Position numbers and translations under genes: made by a program. Shown here in pieces: positions 48,707 through 57,451 of a stretch of 64,000 bases of DNA. This DNA comes from a virus (taxonomy: Duplodnaviria > Caudoviricetes). Under the pieces are notes generated by a model, which searched no databases, was not told the origin of the DNA, and saw only the letters and a program-made list of their open reading frames with translations. Positions within the stretch are counted from its first letter, which is position 1. Every line of letters begins with the position of its first letter. The DNA lies in IMG/VR virus record IMGVR_UViG_3300010346_001007, positions 32,001 through 96,000 of that record; one strand, given 5' to 3'.

Positions 48707-49153
48707 TTAATCTTCTATAGTTGTACTGGCATTATATATATCAATCGCATCTTGCAAACTATTAATATCCTGCTGTAATTCTAACATGAGTCGATCAGCC
48801 TCTTTTTGGTTAATAAAGCTATCCCACGTATAGGTTCGAGCGGGACTAGAAGTACCTGTATATACTACTTCTTCTCCTTCTTTTTTCGTTAATGAATTTA
48901 TATATGCAATGCGAGACTTATATTCAGCCATTCGTTCAATCTTGGAATAAATTCCAATGTTTGCTTTAGCTATTTTCCCTTTAAGTTCGCCCAATTGACG
49001 GGATGTTTCGAGAATGCTTTCCCATATTCGCATACGGTCAATTTCTGAAACCGAATCCGATCTTCGGGCATTTTCTCGTTGGAAAATACTTTGTAATCTG
49101 ACCAGTTCACCGGCTAACCTATTTTTTTGTTTTAATGCTTGTGCAAGTGTCAT
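48707..49153 (-). CDS. DIP1984-like coiled-coil protein
   Basis: MTLAQALKQK.., IAKAN, C-terminal LQDAIDIYNAST pattern. Confidence 0.7.
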   Translation of the reverse strand: MTLAQALKQKNRLAGELVRLQSIFQRENARRSDSVSEIDRMRIWESILETSRQLGELKGKIAKANIGIYSKIERMAEYKSRIAYINSLTKKEGEEVVYTGTSSPARTYTWDSFINQKEADRLMLELQQDINSLQDAIDIYNASTTIED

Positions 49154-49252
49154 AATATTATTCTAGTTTAGAACTAATCTAACATATTTGACAAAAAATG
49201 TCAAGTCCTTTTGTATTTTCTCGGATATATTCATATTTATTTTATAGGAAAT

Positions 49253-50299
49253 ATGTCTAAAAAGAAACCGAGAATTATATTCATTTGTAAGCGAAGACCG
49301 GCCCAATATGGAGCATCTTATGGTCTTTTGAATTCCTGTCGTTTTTTGTGCAATGCCCTTATAAATATGGGTGCCGAAGCGAAAACGGTGGAAGTAATTG
49401 ATAACAATTTTATTGACCGAGAAGTTCATTTATATAAACCAACTCATGTATTCATTGAAGCATTGTGGGTTGTGCCAGAAAAATTTGAAGTGCTTATTCC
49501 ATTACATTCCAAGGTGCAGTGGCATGTAAGATTACATAGTAATACGCCGTTTATATCTAATGAAGGAATTGCTATTCCGTGGATTAAGAAATACATAGAA
49601 TTAAGTAAAAAATATCCACAATTTCATGTATCTCCAAATTCATTCCGATTGGTTAATGATTTATGGCAATCATTACATTATAAATCAATATATTCGCCCA
49701 ACATTTATCAACCCCATGTAACACCGTGGGAAGATAAAGAAATTGAAGTTCCTTGTCAAAAGAAAAAGGAAACAAATGTTATAAATATTGGTTGTTTTGG
49801 AGCTATCAGGCCAATGAAAAATCTACTAATTCAAGCAATGGCTGCAATTGCATTTTCTGAGGAATTGGGTAAAACATTACATTTTCATGTTAATCAATCT
49901 CGGCAAGAAATGAGTGGGGAAAATACTTATAAAAATTTGGTTTCTCTATTTGAAAATTCCAAACATAAACTGGTTAATCATGCATGGCTTTTGCATTCCG
50001 ATTTTATACAAGTTATTAAACAAATGGATTTAGGAATGCAAGTAACATTTTCGGAAACATTTAATATAGTTTCCGCAGATTTTGCTACTTCTATGGTGCC
50101 AATTGTTGGTACATCTGAGATTGAATGGATGAATTGGCTATATAAAGCTAAACCTACTGATTTAGATAATATTGTATCTCATTTATGGCTGGCATGGTTA
50201 GGTAGAAATTGGGGATTACATTATTTTAATTTAACAGGATTAAAAAAATGGAATAAAAATGCTCGTCAAGTTTGGAAAAATTATCTAAAACTTATGTAA
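49253..50299 (+). CDS. GT-B glycosyltransferase-like protein
   Basis: GCFGAIRPMKN, QVTFSETFNIVSAD, VPIVGT. Confidence 0.7.
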   Translation: MSKKKPRIIFICKRRPAQYGASYGLLNSCRFLCNALINMGAEAKTVEVIDNNFIDREVHLYKPTHVFIEALWVVPEKFEVLIPLHSKVQWHVRLHSNTPFISNEGIAIPWIKKYIELSKKYPQFHVSPNSFRLVNDLWQSLHYKSIYSPNIYQPHVTPWEDKEIEVPCQKKKETNVINIGCFGAIRPMKNLLIQAMAAIAFSEELGKTLHFHVNQSRQEMSGENTYKNLVSLFENSKHKLVNHAWLLHSDFIQVIKQMDLGMQVTFSETFNIVSADFATSMVPIVGTSEIEWMNWLYKAKPTDLDNIVSHLWLAWLGRNWGLHYFNLTGLKKWNKNARQVWKNYLKLM

Positions 50300-50449
50300 T
50301 TTACTACATTCCGGAATTGTACCTTGACAAGGTTGGCAATCTTCCATTTTCTTATGTATCCAACACTTACATACTCGACATCGCTTATGTCCACGCACAT
50401 AACTTAATGATGGACGAAAACGTAACCATTGTCTTTCTATTCTAGTCAT
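50285..50449 (-). CDS. small Zn-ribbon-like hypothetical protein (54 aa)
   Basis: Manual translation contains CRVC and CQPC. Confidence 0.45.
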   Translation of the reverse strand: MTRIERQWLRFRPSLSYVRGHKRCRVCKCWIHKKMEDCQPCQGTIPECSKLHKF

Positions 50450-50466
50450 AATTAAATATAATATTT

Positions 50467-51288
50467 TTACCAGACTTCATCTATATCTGTTTTATGATCT
50501 AATTCTTTATCGGGCAAAATTAATGTAGATAATTTAGATTGTAATTTCCCGCCTTCAATTCTTTCTTTGGCCATGTCAAAGTAAGTTTTACTTTTTTCTA
50601 CGCCAATAAATCCCCGGCCCAATCGAACTGCTACGTCTCCGGTTGTTCCCGAACCCATGAAGGGGTCACAAATTATATCATTTTTATATGAAAATAATTT
50701 GATACATCTTAATGGTAATTCAGGAGGAAACGCCGCAGGATGTTTACTTCGGGTTTCGGGATTCATTTCCCATAGATTTTTAACAAATCGCATGAAATCA
50801 CGGCCATTGATGGTAGATTCCCCCCTTTCTTTTCTTCGCCAATTCCCTTTATAAAATACTAAAATACATTCGTTGGGGTCAATGACAAAAGGTGCCCGAG
50901 CAGACCGCCAACTCCCCCAACAAGTTTTGTTACTTCCCAATTTTTTCCAAATAATTGTACGATAATACTTAAATCCTTCTTGCTGAACAATACGTGTATA
51001 ATCCGCAGAAATGGGATAATTTATATCATCTGCACCTTTCTTTTTATTTAAATGGATGGGGGTAACGGAAAAAGGAATATTAATACAAAATCTTCCTTCT
51101 TCGGTCATATGATTATATAGTTTTTTAATCCATTTTCGGCTCCACTCTAGGTATTCTAAATAGGGCATTGTATCATCATGTTTATCATATTCAACGCCAA
51201 CATTATATGGGGGAGAGGTAATTACCAAATTAATTGGAACATCGGTTAAATCAGCATGTAATATATCATCATTGATAAGTTTAAGCAT
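50467..51288 (-). CDS. beta-class DNA methyltransferase (SPPY; likely N4-C or N6-A)
   Basis: TSPPYN, HPAAFP, DPFMGSGTT. Confidence 0.9.
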   Translation of the reverse strand: MLKLINDDILHADLTDVPINLVITSPPYNVGVEYDKHDDTMPYLEYLEWSRKWIKKLYNHMTEEGRFCINIPFSVTPIHLNKKKGADDINYPISADYTRIVQQEGFKYYRTIIWKKLGSNKTCWGSWRSARAPFVIDPNECILVFYKGNWRRKERGESTINGRDFMRFVKNLWEMNPETRSKHPAAFPPELPLRCIKLFSYKNDIICDPFMGSGTTGDVAVRLGRGFIGVEKSKTYFDMAKERIEGGKLQSKLSTLILPDKELDHKTDIDEVW

Positions 51289-51294
51289 AAAATA

Positions 51295-52167
51295 TTATAT
51301 AGCCTCCGGAAATTTTTTAAGCAATAAATTTCCATTCCTTACATATTCAGGATTAATGTCAGATGAATAAAAAGGGACTCCTATCCACTGGCAACAGAGA
51401 CACTCACTCCCACTCCCAGCAAAGGGGATATATACACTACCCAAAAATCGGTCATCTGATTTCATTAAGCATGATTTAAGTAATTTCATTGTTAATTTTT
51501 GAGGTTTTTGGGTAGGATGTTCTATAATTTCATGGTCAGAATGATTTCGTTTATTTCCTATAAATATATCATTACAAGTATGACAAAAGAAAATCCGTTC
51601 TCCTGCCCCAGCGCCTCCGGCGAGAGCAGGAACTTTGATTACATCTCTCCCTTTAGCTCCCAATTCGTTTGCTGTATAAATGGTATCAGTATTATTTTTA
51701 GACAATCTTCCCTTTGTGCCTTTACGAATTTTTCCTGCCGAATTTTTCAAGAAAGTTTCGGTATAAGGTTCTCTTACTTCATCTTCATTAAAAATTCTCT
51801 TTTTAGAATCTTTCCAAAATACAATGATGGATTCATGACTGCGCTGCCAAAAATTTGATCCGGCAGTATTTTTATTTGTATAATGCCAAATTAACCATCG
51901 GTGGGGAAGGGATAATTTCACCGAAAGATGGGCTAAAATTTCACTGAATCCATAAATAAATCCAGTTCCAGTTGGTGTTAGAATTCTTTCACATTCTTTA
52001 ATCCATTCTTCACACCATTTAATATAATCTCCTAATTTTTGATTATCAGTTGAAATTCCAAAATCTTTTCCTATATTATATGGAGGGTCTGCAATTATGC
52101 ATTGCATGGACGTATCGGGCAGAGTTTTGGCATATTCTATTATGTCACGTTCTACAATAGTACTCAT
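51295..52167 (-). CDS. beta-class DNA adenine methyltransferase
   Basis: ADPPYN, HPTQKP, PFAGSGS. Confidence 0.9.
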   Translation of the reverse strand: MSTIVERDIIEYAKTLPDTSMQCIIADPPYNIGKDFGISTDNQKLGDYIKWCEEWIKECERILTPTGTGFIYGFSEILAHLSVKLSLPHRWLIWHYTNKNTAGSNFWQRSHESIIVFWKDSKKRIFNEDEVREPYTETFLKNSAGKIRKGTKGRLSKNNTDTIYTANELGAKGRDVIKVPALAGGAGAGERIFFCHTCNDIFIGNKRNHSDHEIIEHPTQKPQKLTMKLLKSCLMKSDDRFLGSVYIPFAGSGSECLCCQWIGVPFYSSDINPEYVRNGNLLLKKFPEAI

Positions 52168-52174
52168 CTCGCAT

Positions 52175-52202
52175 ATTATATGGTAGAGTAAGAAAAAGTC
52201 AA
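52175..52202 (-). promoter_or_regulatory. sigma70-type promoter for the methyltransferases
   Basis: Minus strand TTGACT-N16-TATAAT. Confidence 0.6.
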
Positions 52203-52289
52203 CAAGAAATCGAAAAAAATTTGCATTTTTGGATTATATGTAATGGAAAGGCCCGAACCTTCTTTTTTAAGAGAACGCTAAAATTCCTC

Positions 52290-52388
52290 TTGACTCAATT
52301 TGGGTTTCATGGTATTATGCGGCTCGTATTTGGAAGATTTGTTTACACAAAAAATAGGACTTGACAAAGTTTGAAATTGGTGTATAAT
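52290..52388 (+). promoter_or_regulatory. tandem sigma70-type promoters
   Basis: TTGACT-N17-TATTAT (52290-52318) and TTGACA-N16-TATAAT (52361-52388). Confidence 0.65.
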
Positions 52389-52435
52389 GGTCTTTGCAAA
52401 ATGAAAAATGTCATTTTGGTTCATTAAAAATTTTT

Positions 52436-52545
52436 TAGGTCCATACAGCAACTTACATTAATGAACCCAATGGAGGTGGCCCCTCCTCCATACCATTAGG
52501 TATGGAAATAAAAAAGCCCACAGAAAAGTGTAAATCGGGACCTAG
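52436..52545 (+). ncRNA. candidate structured RNA element 1 (TACAGCAA stem element)
   Basis: Closing stem TAGGTCC/GGACCTA, then ATACAGCAA; internal hairpins GGAGG/CCTCC and TCCATACC/GGTATGGA. Confidence 0.55.
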
Positions 52546-52557
52546 TTAATAATTTTA

Positions 52558-52601
52558 AAGATACGTACAGCAATTAACCGTATAGGAGAAAAGGTATCTT
52601 G
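52558..52601 (+). ncRNA. candidate structured RNA element 2 (minimal TACAGCAA stem element)
   Basis: Closing stem AAGATAC/GTATCTT, then GTACAGCAA; same geometry as element 1. Confidence 0.55.
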
Positions 52602-52624
52602 AATACCCGAAAAACTAAAAATTT

Positions 52625-54157
52625 ATGAAAATATTAAAGCGCAAAACAAAGAAATCAGTTAATCCTGTTTTGACTGCGCTTCCTCAAAATCCTCTAGCTT
52701 CGGCAATGATGGAAAACTCTAATGAGGCATTTACAGAAAATCTAGCTCTAACTAATAAATCTACGCTAAATTATGTACTAGATTGGTTTGGCTGCGGGGG
52801 TGCATTGCGACAACGAGCATCTTCGGATGCAACAAAAATATTTTTGAAGGCGTTTGCGCAAGATGCGCTCATGGCAACTAAAATCTTGTTTTATTTTCGA
52901 GATGTTCGTGGGGGTCAGGGAGAACGAGCTACATTTCGTAATATTATAAAATATCTTGCCGTATATCATCCGGAAGTTGTCAGTAAAAATATGGAAAACA
53001 TTCCGTTTTATGGGCGGTATGATGATCTATATGCTTTAGAAGGAACTCCCTTAGAAAAAGAAATGTTTCAATTTATTGCTCGCCAATTGAAACAAGACCT
53101 TCGTAATATGAAGAAGGGCGAGCCGGTATCATTGTTGGGCAAATGGTTAAAATCGGAAAATACTAGCTCTCCGGAATCTTGCCGTTTAGCAAAATTAACA
53201 AGAGAAGCCCTAGAATTATCATCTAAACGGTATCGAAAGGTTCTATCATCTTTGCGTAAGCATATTGATGTAATTGAACGAAAAATGTGCGGAAAAGAAT
53301 GGAATGAAATTAATTTTGAAAATGTTCCCTCAAAAGCCAGTTTAATTTATCGTAGTGCTTTTGATCGCCATGCGCACAAAAAATATAAAGAATATTTGAA
53401 AAAGGTAGAACAAGGAAGTGCTAAAATCAATGCGGGAGCAGTATATCCCTATGAGATTTTTAGAAGCTTGATTCGTAATTCCGTATCCAAGGAAGTAATT
53501 AAAGCCGCCGATTTACAGTGGGCCAATATGCCGAATTGGATGGGAGAAAACGAACATCGAGGATTGGTAATTGCCGACGTATCGGGTTCTATGCTTTCAG
53601 GTGTGCCGAATATACTTGTAGCCGTTTCTTTAGCTCTTTACTTTGCGGAACGAAATGTGGGTCCGTTTAAGGATATGTGGTTGAATTTTTCATCGAGACC
53701 GACTTTTCAACGATTTGTTGGAAATAATCTCCGTGAAAAGTACCTAAATATGGATAAAGATAATTGGGGAGGTTCAACTAATTTACAAGCCGCATTTAAC
53801 CTTATTTTAAATTCCGCAGTTAAAAATAAAGTTAAAGAAAAAGATATGCCGGAAGTTTTATATATAATTTCTGACATGGAATTTAATCAAGCTTGCACTG
53901 GAAATGATAAGACTAATTTCCGAGTCATGAAAGAAAAATATAAAGAGGCCGGATATAAATTGCCTCGGGTTGTATGGTGGAATGTTGCCAGTCAAAATGA
54001 CAATTTCCCAATCCGAGCAGATGACAATAACACAGCTTTAGTTTCGGGATGTTCTCCGAGCATTTTGAAGCAACTGCTATCGAGTAAGAATTTTACCCCG
54101 TTGGGTATAATGCAAGAAACAATTAATTCGCCTCGGTATGACCGGGTTGTTATTTAA
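52625..54157 (+). CDS. DUF2828-like TROVE/Ro60-related protein with vWA domain
   Basis: FTENLA, RDVRGGQGER, YGRYDDL, KWLKSE, DVSGSM (MIDAS), GGSTNL, ISDMEF, WNV. Confidence 0.8.
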   Translation: MKILKRKTKKSVNPVLTALPQNPLASAMMENSNEAFTENLALTNKSTLNYVLDWFGCGGALRQRASSDATKIFLKAFAQDALMATKILFYFRDVRGGQGERATFRNIIKYLAVYHPEVVSKNMENIPFYGRYDDLYALEGTPLEKEMFQFIARQLKQDLRNMKKGEPVSLLGKWLKSENTSSPESCRLAKLTREALELSSKRYRKVLSSLRKHIDVIERKMCGKEWNEINFENVPSKASLIYRSAFDRHAHKKYKEYLKKVEQGSAKINAGAVYPYEIFRSLIRNSVSKEVIKAADLQWANMPNWMGENEHRGLVIADVSGSMLSGVPNILVAVSLALYFAERNVGPFKDMWLNFSSRPTFQRFVGNNLREKYLNMDKDNWGGSTNLQAAFNLILNSAVKNKVKEKDMPEVLYIISDMEFNQACTGNDKTNFRVMKEKYKEAGYKLPRVVWWNVASQNDNFPIRADDNNTALVSGCSPSILKQLLSSKNFTPLGIMQETINSPRYDRVVI

Positions 54158-54170
54158 AATATAAAAAGTT

Positions 54171-54377
54171 ATGAAGAAAAATACACAAAAATCAAATAAA
54201 AGAAAGAATCAGACAAGATATGGGGTGTTCTATCGCTCCAATGGCCGGTGGGTAGGTCCTTATCAAGGAAGGACCTTTACGGAATACACAATTAATCGAG
54301 AACCGATTAAAAGTGATATTCGGTGGTTTGCTAATCATTTGCTTAAATCCCGAATTAAAATTCAATCTGTTTCGTAA
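54171..54377 (+). CDS. small basic hypothetical protein
   Basis: 68-aa ORF before the terminator. Confidence 0.55.
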   Translation: MKKNTQKSNKRKNQTRYGVFYRSNGRWVGPYQGRTFTEYTINREPIKSDIRWFANHLLKSRIKIQSVS

Positions 54378-54398
54378 TTACCAGCTATGTCAGGGGAG

Positions 54399-54443
54399 AC
54401 ACGCTCATGGTTAAGGTGGAGTTTAGCCGTGGGCGTGTTTTTT
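54399..54443 (+). terminator. intrinsic terminator
   Basis: 17-bp stem ACACGCTCATGGTTAAG/TTTAGCCGTGGGCGTGT with 4 G-U pairs (so + strand specific), followed by a T tract. Confidence 0.75.
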
Positions 54444-54514
54444 ATTTTATAATAAATTGCTTTATGATGAGCGTTATGTTAATATGTGATATATGTTAGC
54501 ATAAAAGTTTTAAT

Positions 54515-54913
54515 ATGAAGAAAAAACCAACTAAATCATTCCCATTTGGAAAAACTAAAGCTGCAAATAGAATGGAACTCTTAGGGGAAATGTTTCCAAT
54601 GGACCGAAGAAAAGTTTCAAGTTTATTGAGCCGCTATACAGACCAACTATATCAAGTTATTAATCCTAATATAGATGCATCTACGACTAAATTATTGTTA
54701 CATTTATTGTGCCAGTATAATCTTTCTCGTGCCGAAGTAATGAAGGTTCATGAAGATATACGGTCGTACACCAAAAATCTTATAAAATGTAGGTATCGTG
54801 TATTTTTATCCGCATATAATAATATACATAAATTTGCGGAAGATCAAGGAAAATTACAAAAACGAAACCAAAAAAGAAATAAACCTTTAATGGGTAATAG
54901 AAAGAAGTTATAA
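54515..54913 (+). CDS. hypothetical protein
   Basis: 132-aa ORF. Confidence 0.55.
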   Translation: MKKKPTKSFPFGKTKAANRMELLGEMFPMDRRKVSSLLSRYTDQLYQVINPNIDASTTKLLLHLLCQYNLSRAEVMKVHEDIRSYTKNLIKCRYRVFLSAYNNIHKFAEDQGKLQKRNQKRNKPLMGNRKKL

Positions 54914-54915
54914 TT

Positions 54916-55119
54916 ATGTTATTTTTACTAGAAGCCGATATTGAATTAAAAATAAAAAACATTGCTGCGGTATTTACGGAAAAAGCTTATCATTTAGTTA
55001 ATGCACCAGATTTGATTACTGCCAAACATAAATTTTCAAAACATATACATAAATTACATGCTGATAAATTCCCCGATTATATAAGTGTTAAATATACTAA
55101 AATTGCCACTGAAATATGA
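54916..55119 (+). CDS. hypothetical protein
   Basis: 67-aa ORF with ATGA overlap to the next gene. Confidence 0.5.
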   Translation: MLFLLEADIELKIKNIAAVFTEKAYHLVNAPDLITAKHKFSKHIHKLHADKFPDYISVKYTKIATEI

Positions 55120-55655
55120 CATTACGAGAAGCCTTGAAACAATGTGACCTGGATAAGGTCTATGGGATTATAGTTCAGGCTATTTCCTATGCGGGGGAAA
55201 ATTTACCCGTTGAATTTGGGAAAAATATTTATTTGCCAGTAATTGAACAGCTTTTGAAAAAGCCCAAGGTTTATAAACATAAATATTCTCTTATATTACA
55301 TGAAGAAAAAGATGCAATGGGAAATAAATATCCTACTGTCTCTCTTCTTAATTTACGATATGTAAAACCACCCGAAGGATATAAACCGTGGAGAGGAAGT
55401 GAAGGAATTCCGCCCAAACATTATAATTGTAATTTAAACAAATATCGTCGTATATTTACCATCGGATGGACCCCTTGGAGGGAATTTATTGATGCGCCCA
55501 TTGTTAATGAAACCAAATTAGATTTGGAATATCAAGTGGCCCATATTTTAATGGAAATTACTTATTATGGAGTTACTGAAAAAGAAATAAAAAAGGATGA
55601 AAAGAAATCCGATCAGATAAATAGTAAATATTCTAAAATCACTGCAAAAATATGA
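55116..55655 (+). CDS. hypothetical protein, tandem paralog A
   Basis: MTLREALKQCDLDKV...VAHILMEITYYG, shared with the next ORF. Confidence 0.7.
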   Translation: MTLREALKQCDLDKVYGIIVQAISYAGENLPVEFGKNIYLPVIEQLLKKPKVYKHKYSLILHEEKDAMGNKYPTVSLLNLRYVKPPEGYKPWRGSEGIPPKHYNCNLNKYRRIFTIGWTPWREFIDAPIVNETKLDLEYQVAHILMEITYYGVTEKEIKKDEKKSDQINSKYSKITAKI

Positions 55656-56455
55656 CATTACGAGAAGCCTTAAAACAATGTGACCTGGATAAGGTCTTTA
55701 AAATTATAACTAACACGATTTGCGATAAGAAAGATGAGGCGCAAGTAGAAGTAATTAAGGGAGTTTTTTCTCCAGTAGTCAAACGCCTTTTGCGAAAGCC
55801 TAAAGTTCGTAGATATAAATATTCACTGATAATACATTCAGAAAGAGATTTAGAAGGAAATAAATATACTACTGCTTCTTTTCTCAATTTGCGATATGTA
55901 AAACCACCTAAAGGATATAAGCCGTGGGGTGGAAATAAAGGAATACCACCTAAACATTATAATTGTAATTTAAATAAATATAATCGTATATTTGCTATAG
56001 GATGGACTTCCTGGGGGAAATTTATTGATACTCCTATTGTTAATGAAACTAAATTAGATTTGGACCATCAAGTAGCTCATATTTTAATGGAAATTACTTA
56101 TTACGGAGTTACGGAAAAAGAAATAAAAAAAGATGAAAAGGAATTCAAACGCCGAGTTCAAAAGTCTTTGAAAGAAATAAAAGAAAATAAATGTTGCACT
56201 TTTAAATCTAAGAAAAAGGATGGATATAAAGTTGTCTTGCCTTTCAATGTAATGGAATCCATAGAAAAATTAGAGGAATCTATGGAAAAAGATGTTCCAT
56301 CCCAGCCTACAAATAGATGTAATACTTGTTGGGGATATGGATTGCACGCATTGGGAGACTCTTGCCCGATGGGGCCTATGGATGCTAGTGATGGAATGCC
56401 TACAATTAAATGCCCCGAGTGCGGAGCAAATGCTAATCCATATAATAAAACATGA
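55652..56455 (+). CDS. hypothetical protein, tandem paralog B with C-terminal Zn finger
   Basis: Same core as paralog A plus CNTCWGYG..CPECG. Confidence 0.7.
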   Translation: MTLREALKQCDLDKVFKIITNTICDKKDEAQVEVIKGVFSPVVKRLLRKPKVRRYKYSLIIHSERDLEGNKYTTASFLNLRYVKPPKGYKPWGGNKGIPPKHYNCNLNKYNRIFAIGWTSWGKFIDTPIVNETKLDLDHQVAHILMEITYYGVTEKEIKKDEKEFKRRVQKSLKEIKENKCCTFKSKKKDGYKVVLPFNVMESIEKLEESMEKDVPSQPTNRCNTCWGYGLHALGDSCPMGPMDASDGMPTIKCPECGANANPYNKT

Positions 56456-56670
56456 GCAAGGAACCTAAAGAAACTCGAAGAAAAATAAGAGAAATGTTTT
56501 ATATGCATTTTTCAAATGATATAGTAAGTTTAATGGTACAAGAAACTTCTTGTGCGGCTAAAGAACTTATAAGAACTACTTTGGAAGAATTCAAAAAGAA
56601 TGAATGGGAAGAAAAAGAAATCTTGGATTGGACAAGAAATAGATATGCAAGGGACCAAACCCGAAATTGA
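56452..56670 (+). CDS. hypothetical protein
   Basis: 72-aa ORF with ATGA overlap. Confidence 0.5.
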   Translation: MSKEPKETRRKIREMFYMHFSNDIVSLMVQETSCAAKELIRTTLEEFKKNEWEEKEILDWTRNRYARDQTRN

Positions 56671-56726
56671 TATGATTCCCAAAGATAGATGGGTGGCCGG
56701 AGGCGCAATCGGAGGTTGGTTCAATA

Positions 56727-56978
56727 ATGAACCTAGTTTTACATTATAAAAAGTTATTGAAAAATAAGCCAAAAAATGTTTTTTATTTTACATTAAAAGT
56801 ATCATTTCCTGCGGGAAAAGAAAAACATGAATTATTAGAATGGTTTGATTCATTGGGAAAGAATCAAAAAAACCATCAGAAATGGAAACAAAGAATGATG
56901 GAAGAAAGAGAAATAACTTTAGTCATTCAAATAACTCGCACTGGCGAATGGCAGATTGTTGGAATTAAACAGAAATAA
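56727..56978 (+). CDS. hypothetical protein
   Basis: 83-aa ORF. Confidence 0.5.
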   Translation: MNLVLHYKKLLKNKPKNVFYFTLKVSFPAGKEKHELLEWFDSLGKNQKNHQKWKQRMMEEREITLVIQITRTGEWQIVGIKQK

Positions 56979-56983
56979 TTATT

Positions 56984-57451
56984 ATGAATGCGATAGTAGC
57001 AATGGACCCCAATCGTGTCATTGGAAAAAATGGCAAATTGCCGTGGGTTTTATATGACGATTTTAAATGGTTTAAATTAGTGACAACAGGACACGAATTG
57101 GTTATGGGAAGAAAAACATTTGAATCTATTGGAAAACCATTGCCTCAAAGATTTACATATGTTATCACTAATGATAAAGAAAAATTAAATCTGCCGTCTA
57201 AAGAATTGTTTACTTATGTTCCTCCGATGTATATATTTCAAAATTATAAAATGCAACCCAAAGATTGGTGGTTATGCGGAGGGCATCATGTATATGAAAC
57301 ATTTCTCCCTATGTGCGATGCGGTCTATGTAACTCATGTGTATGAAACATTTGAGGGAGACACGTATATGCCAGCATTTGAAGATATGTTCCCCCGTTCA
57401 ACTTTTATTTTTAAAACCGATAGATTTAAAGTAGTTAAATATGAAAAATAA
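56984..57451 (+). CDS. folA: dihydrofolate reductase
   Basis: IG.NGKLPW, DFKWFK, VMGRKTFESIGKPLP.R, GG. Confidence 0.93.
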   Translation: MNAIVAMDPNRVIGKNGKLPWVLYDDFKWFKLVTTGHELVMGRKTFESIGKPLPQRFTYVITNDKEKLNLPSKELFTYVPPMYIFQNYKMQPKDWWLCGGHHVYETFLPMCDAVYVTHVYETFEGDTYMPAFEDMFPRSTFIFKTDRFKVVKYEK

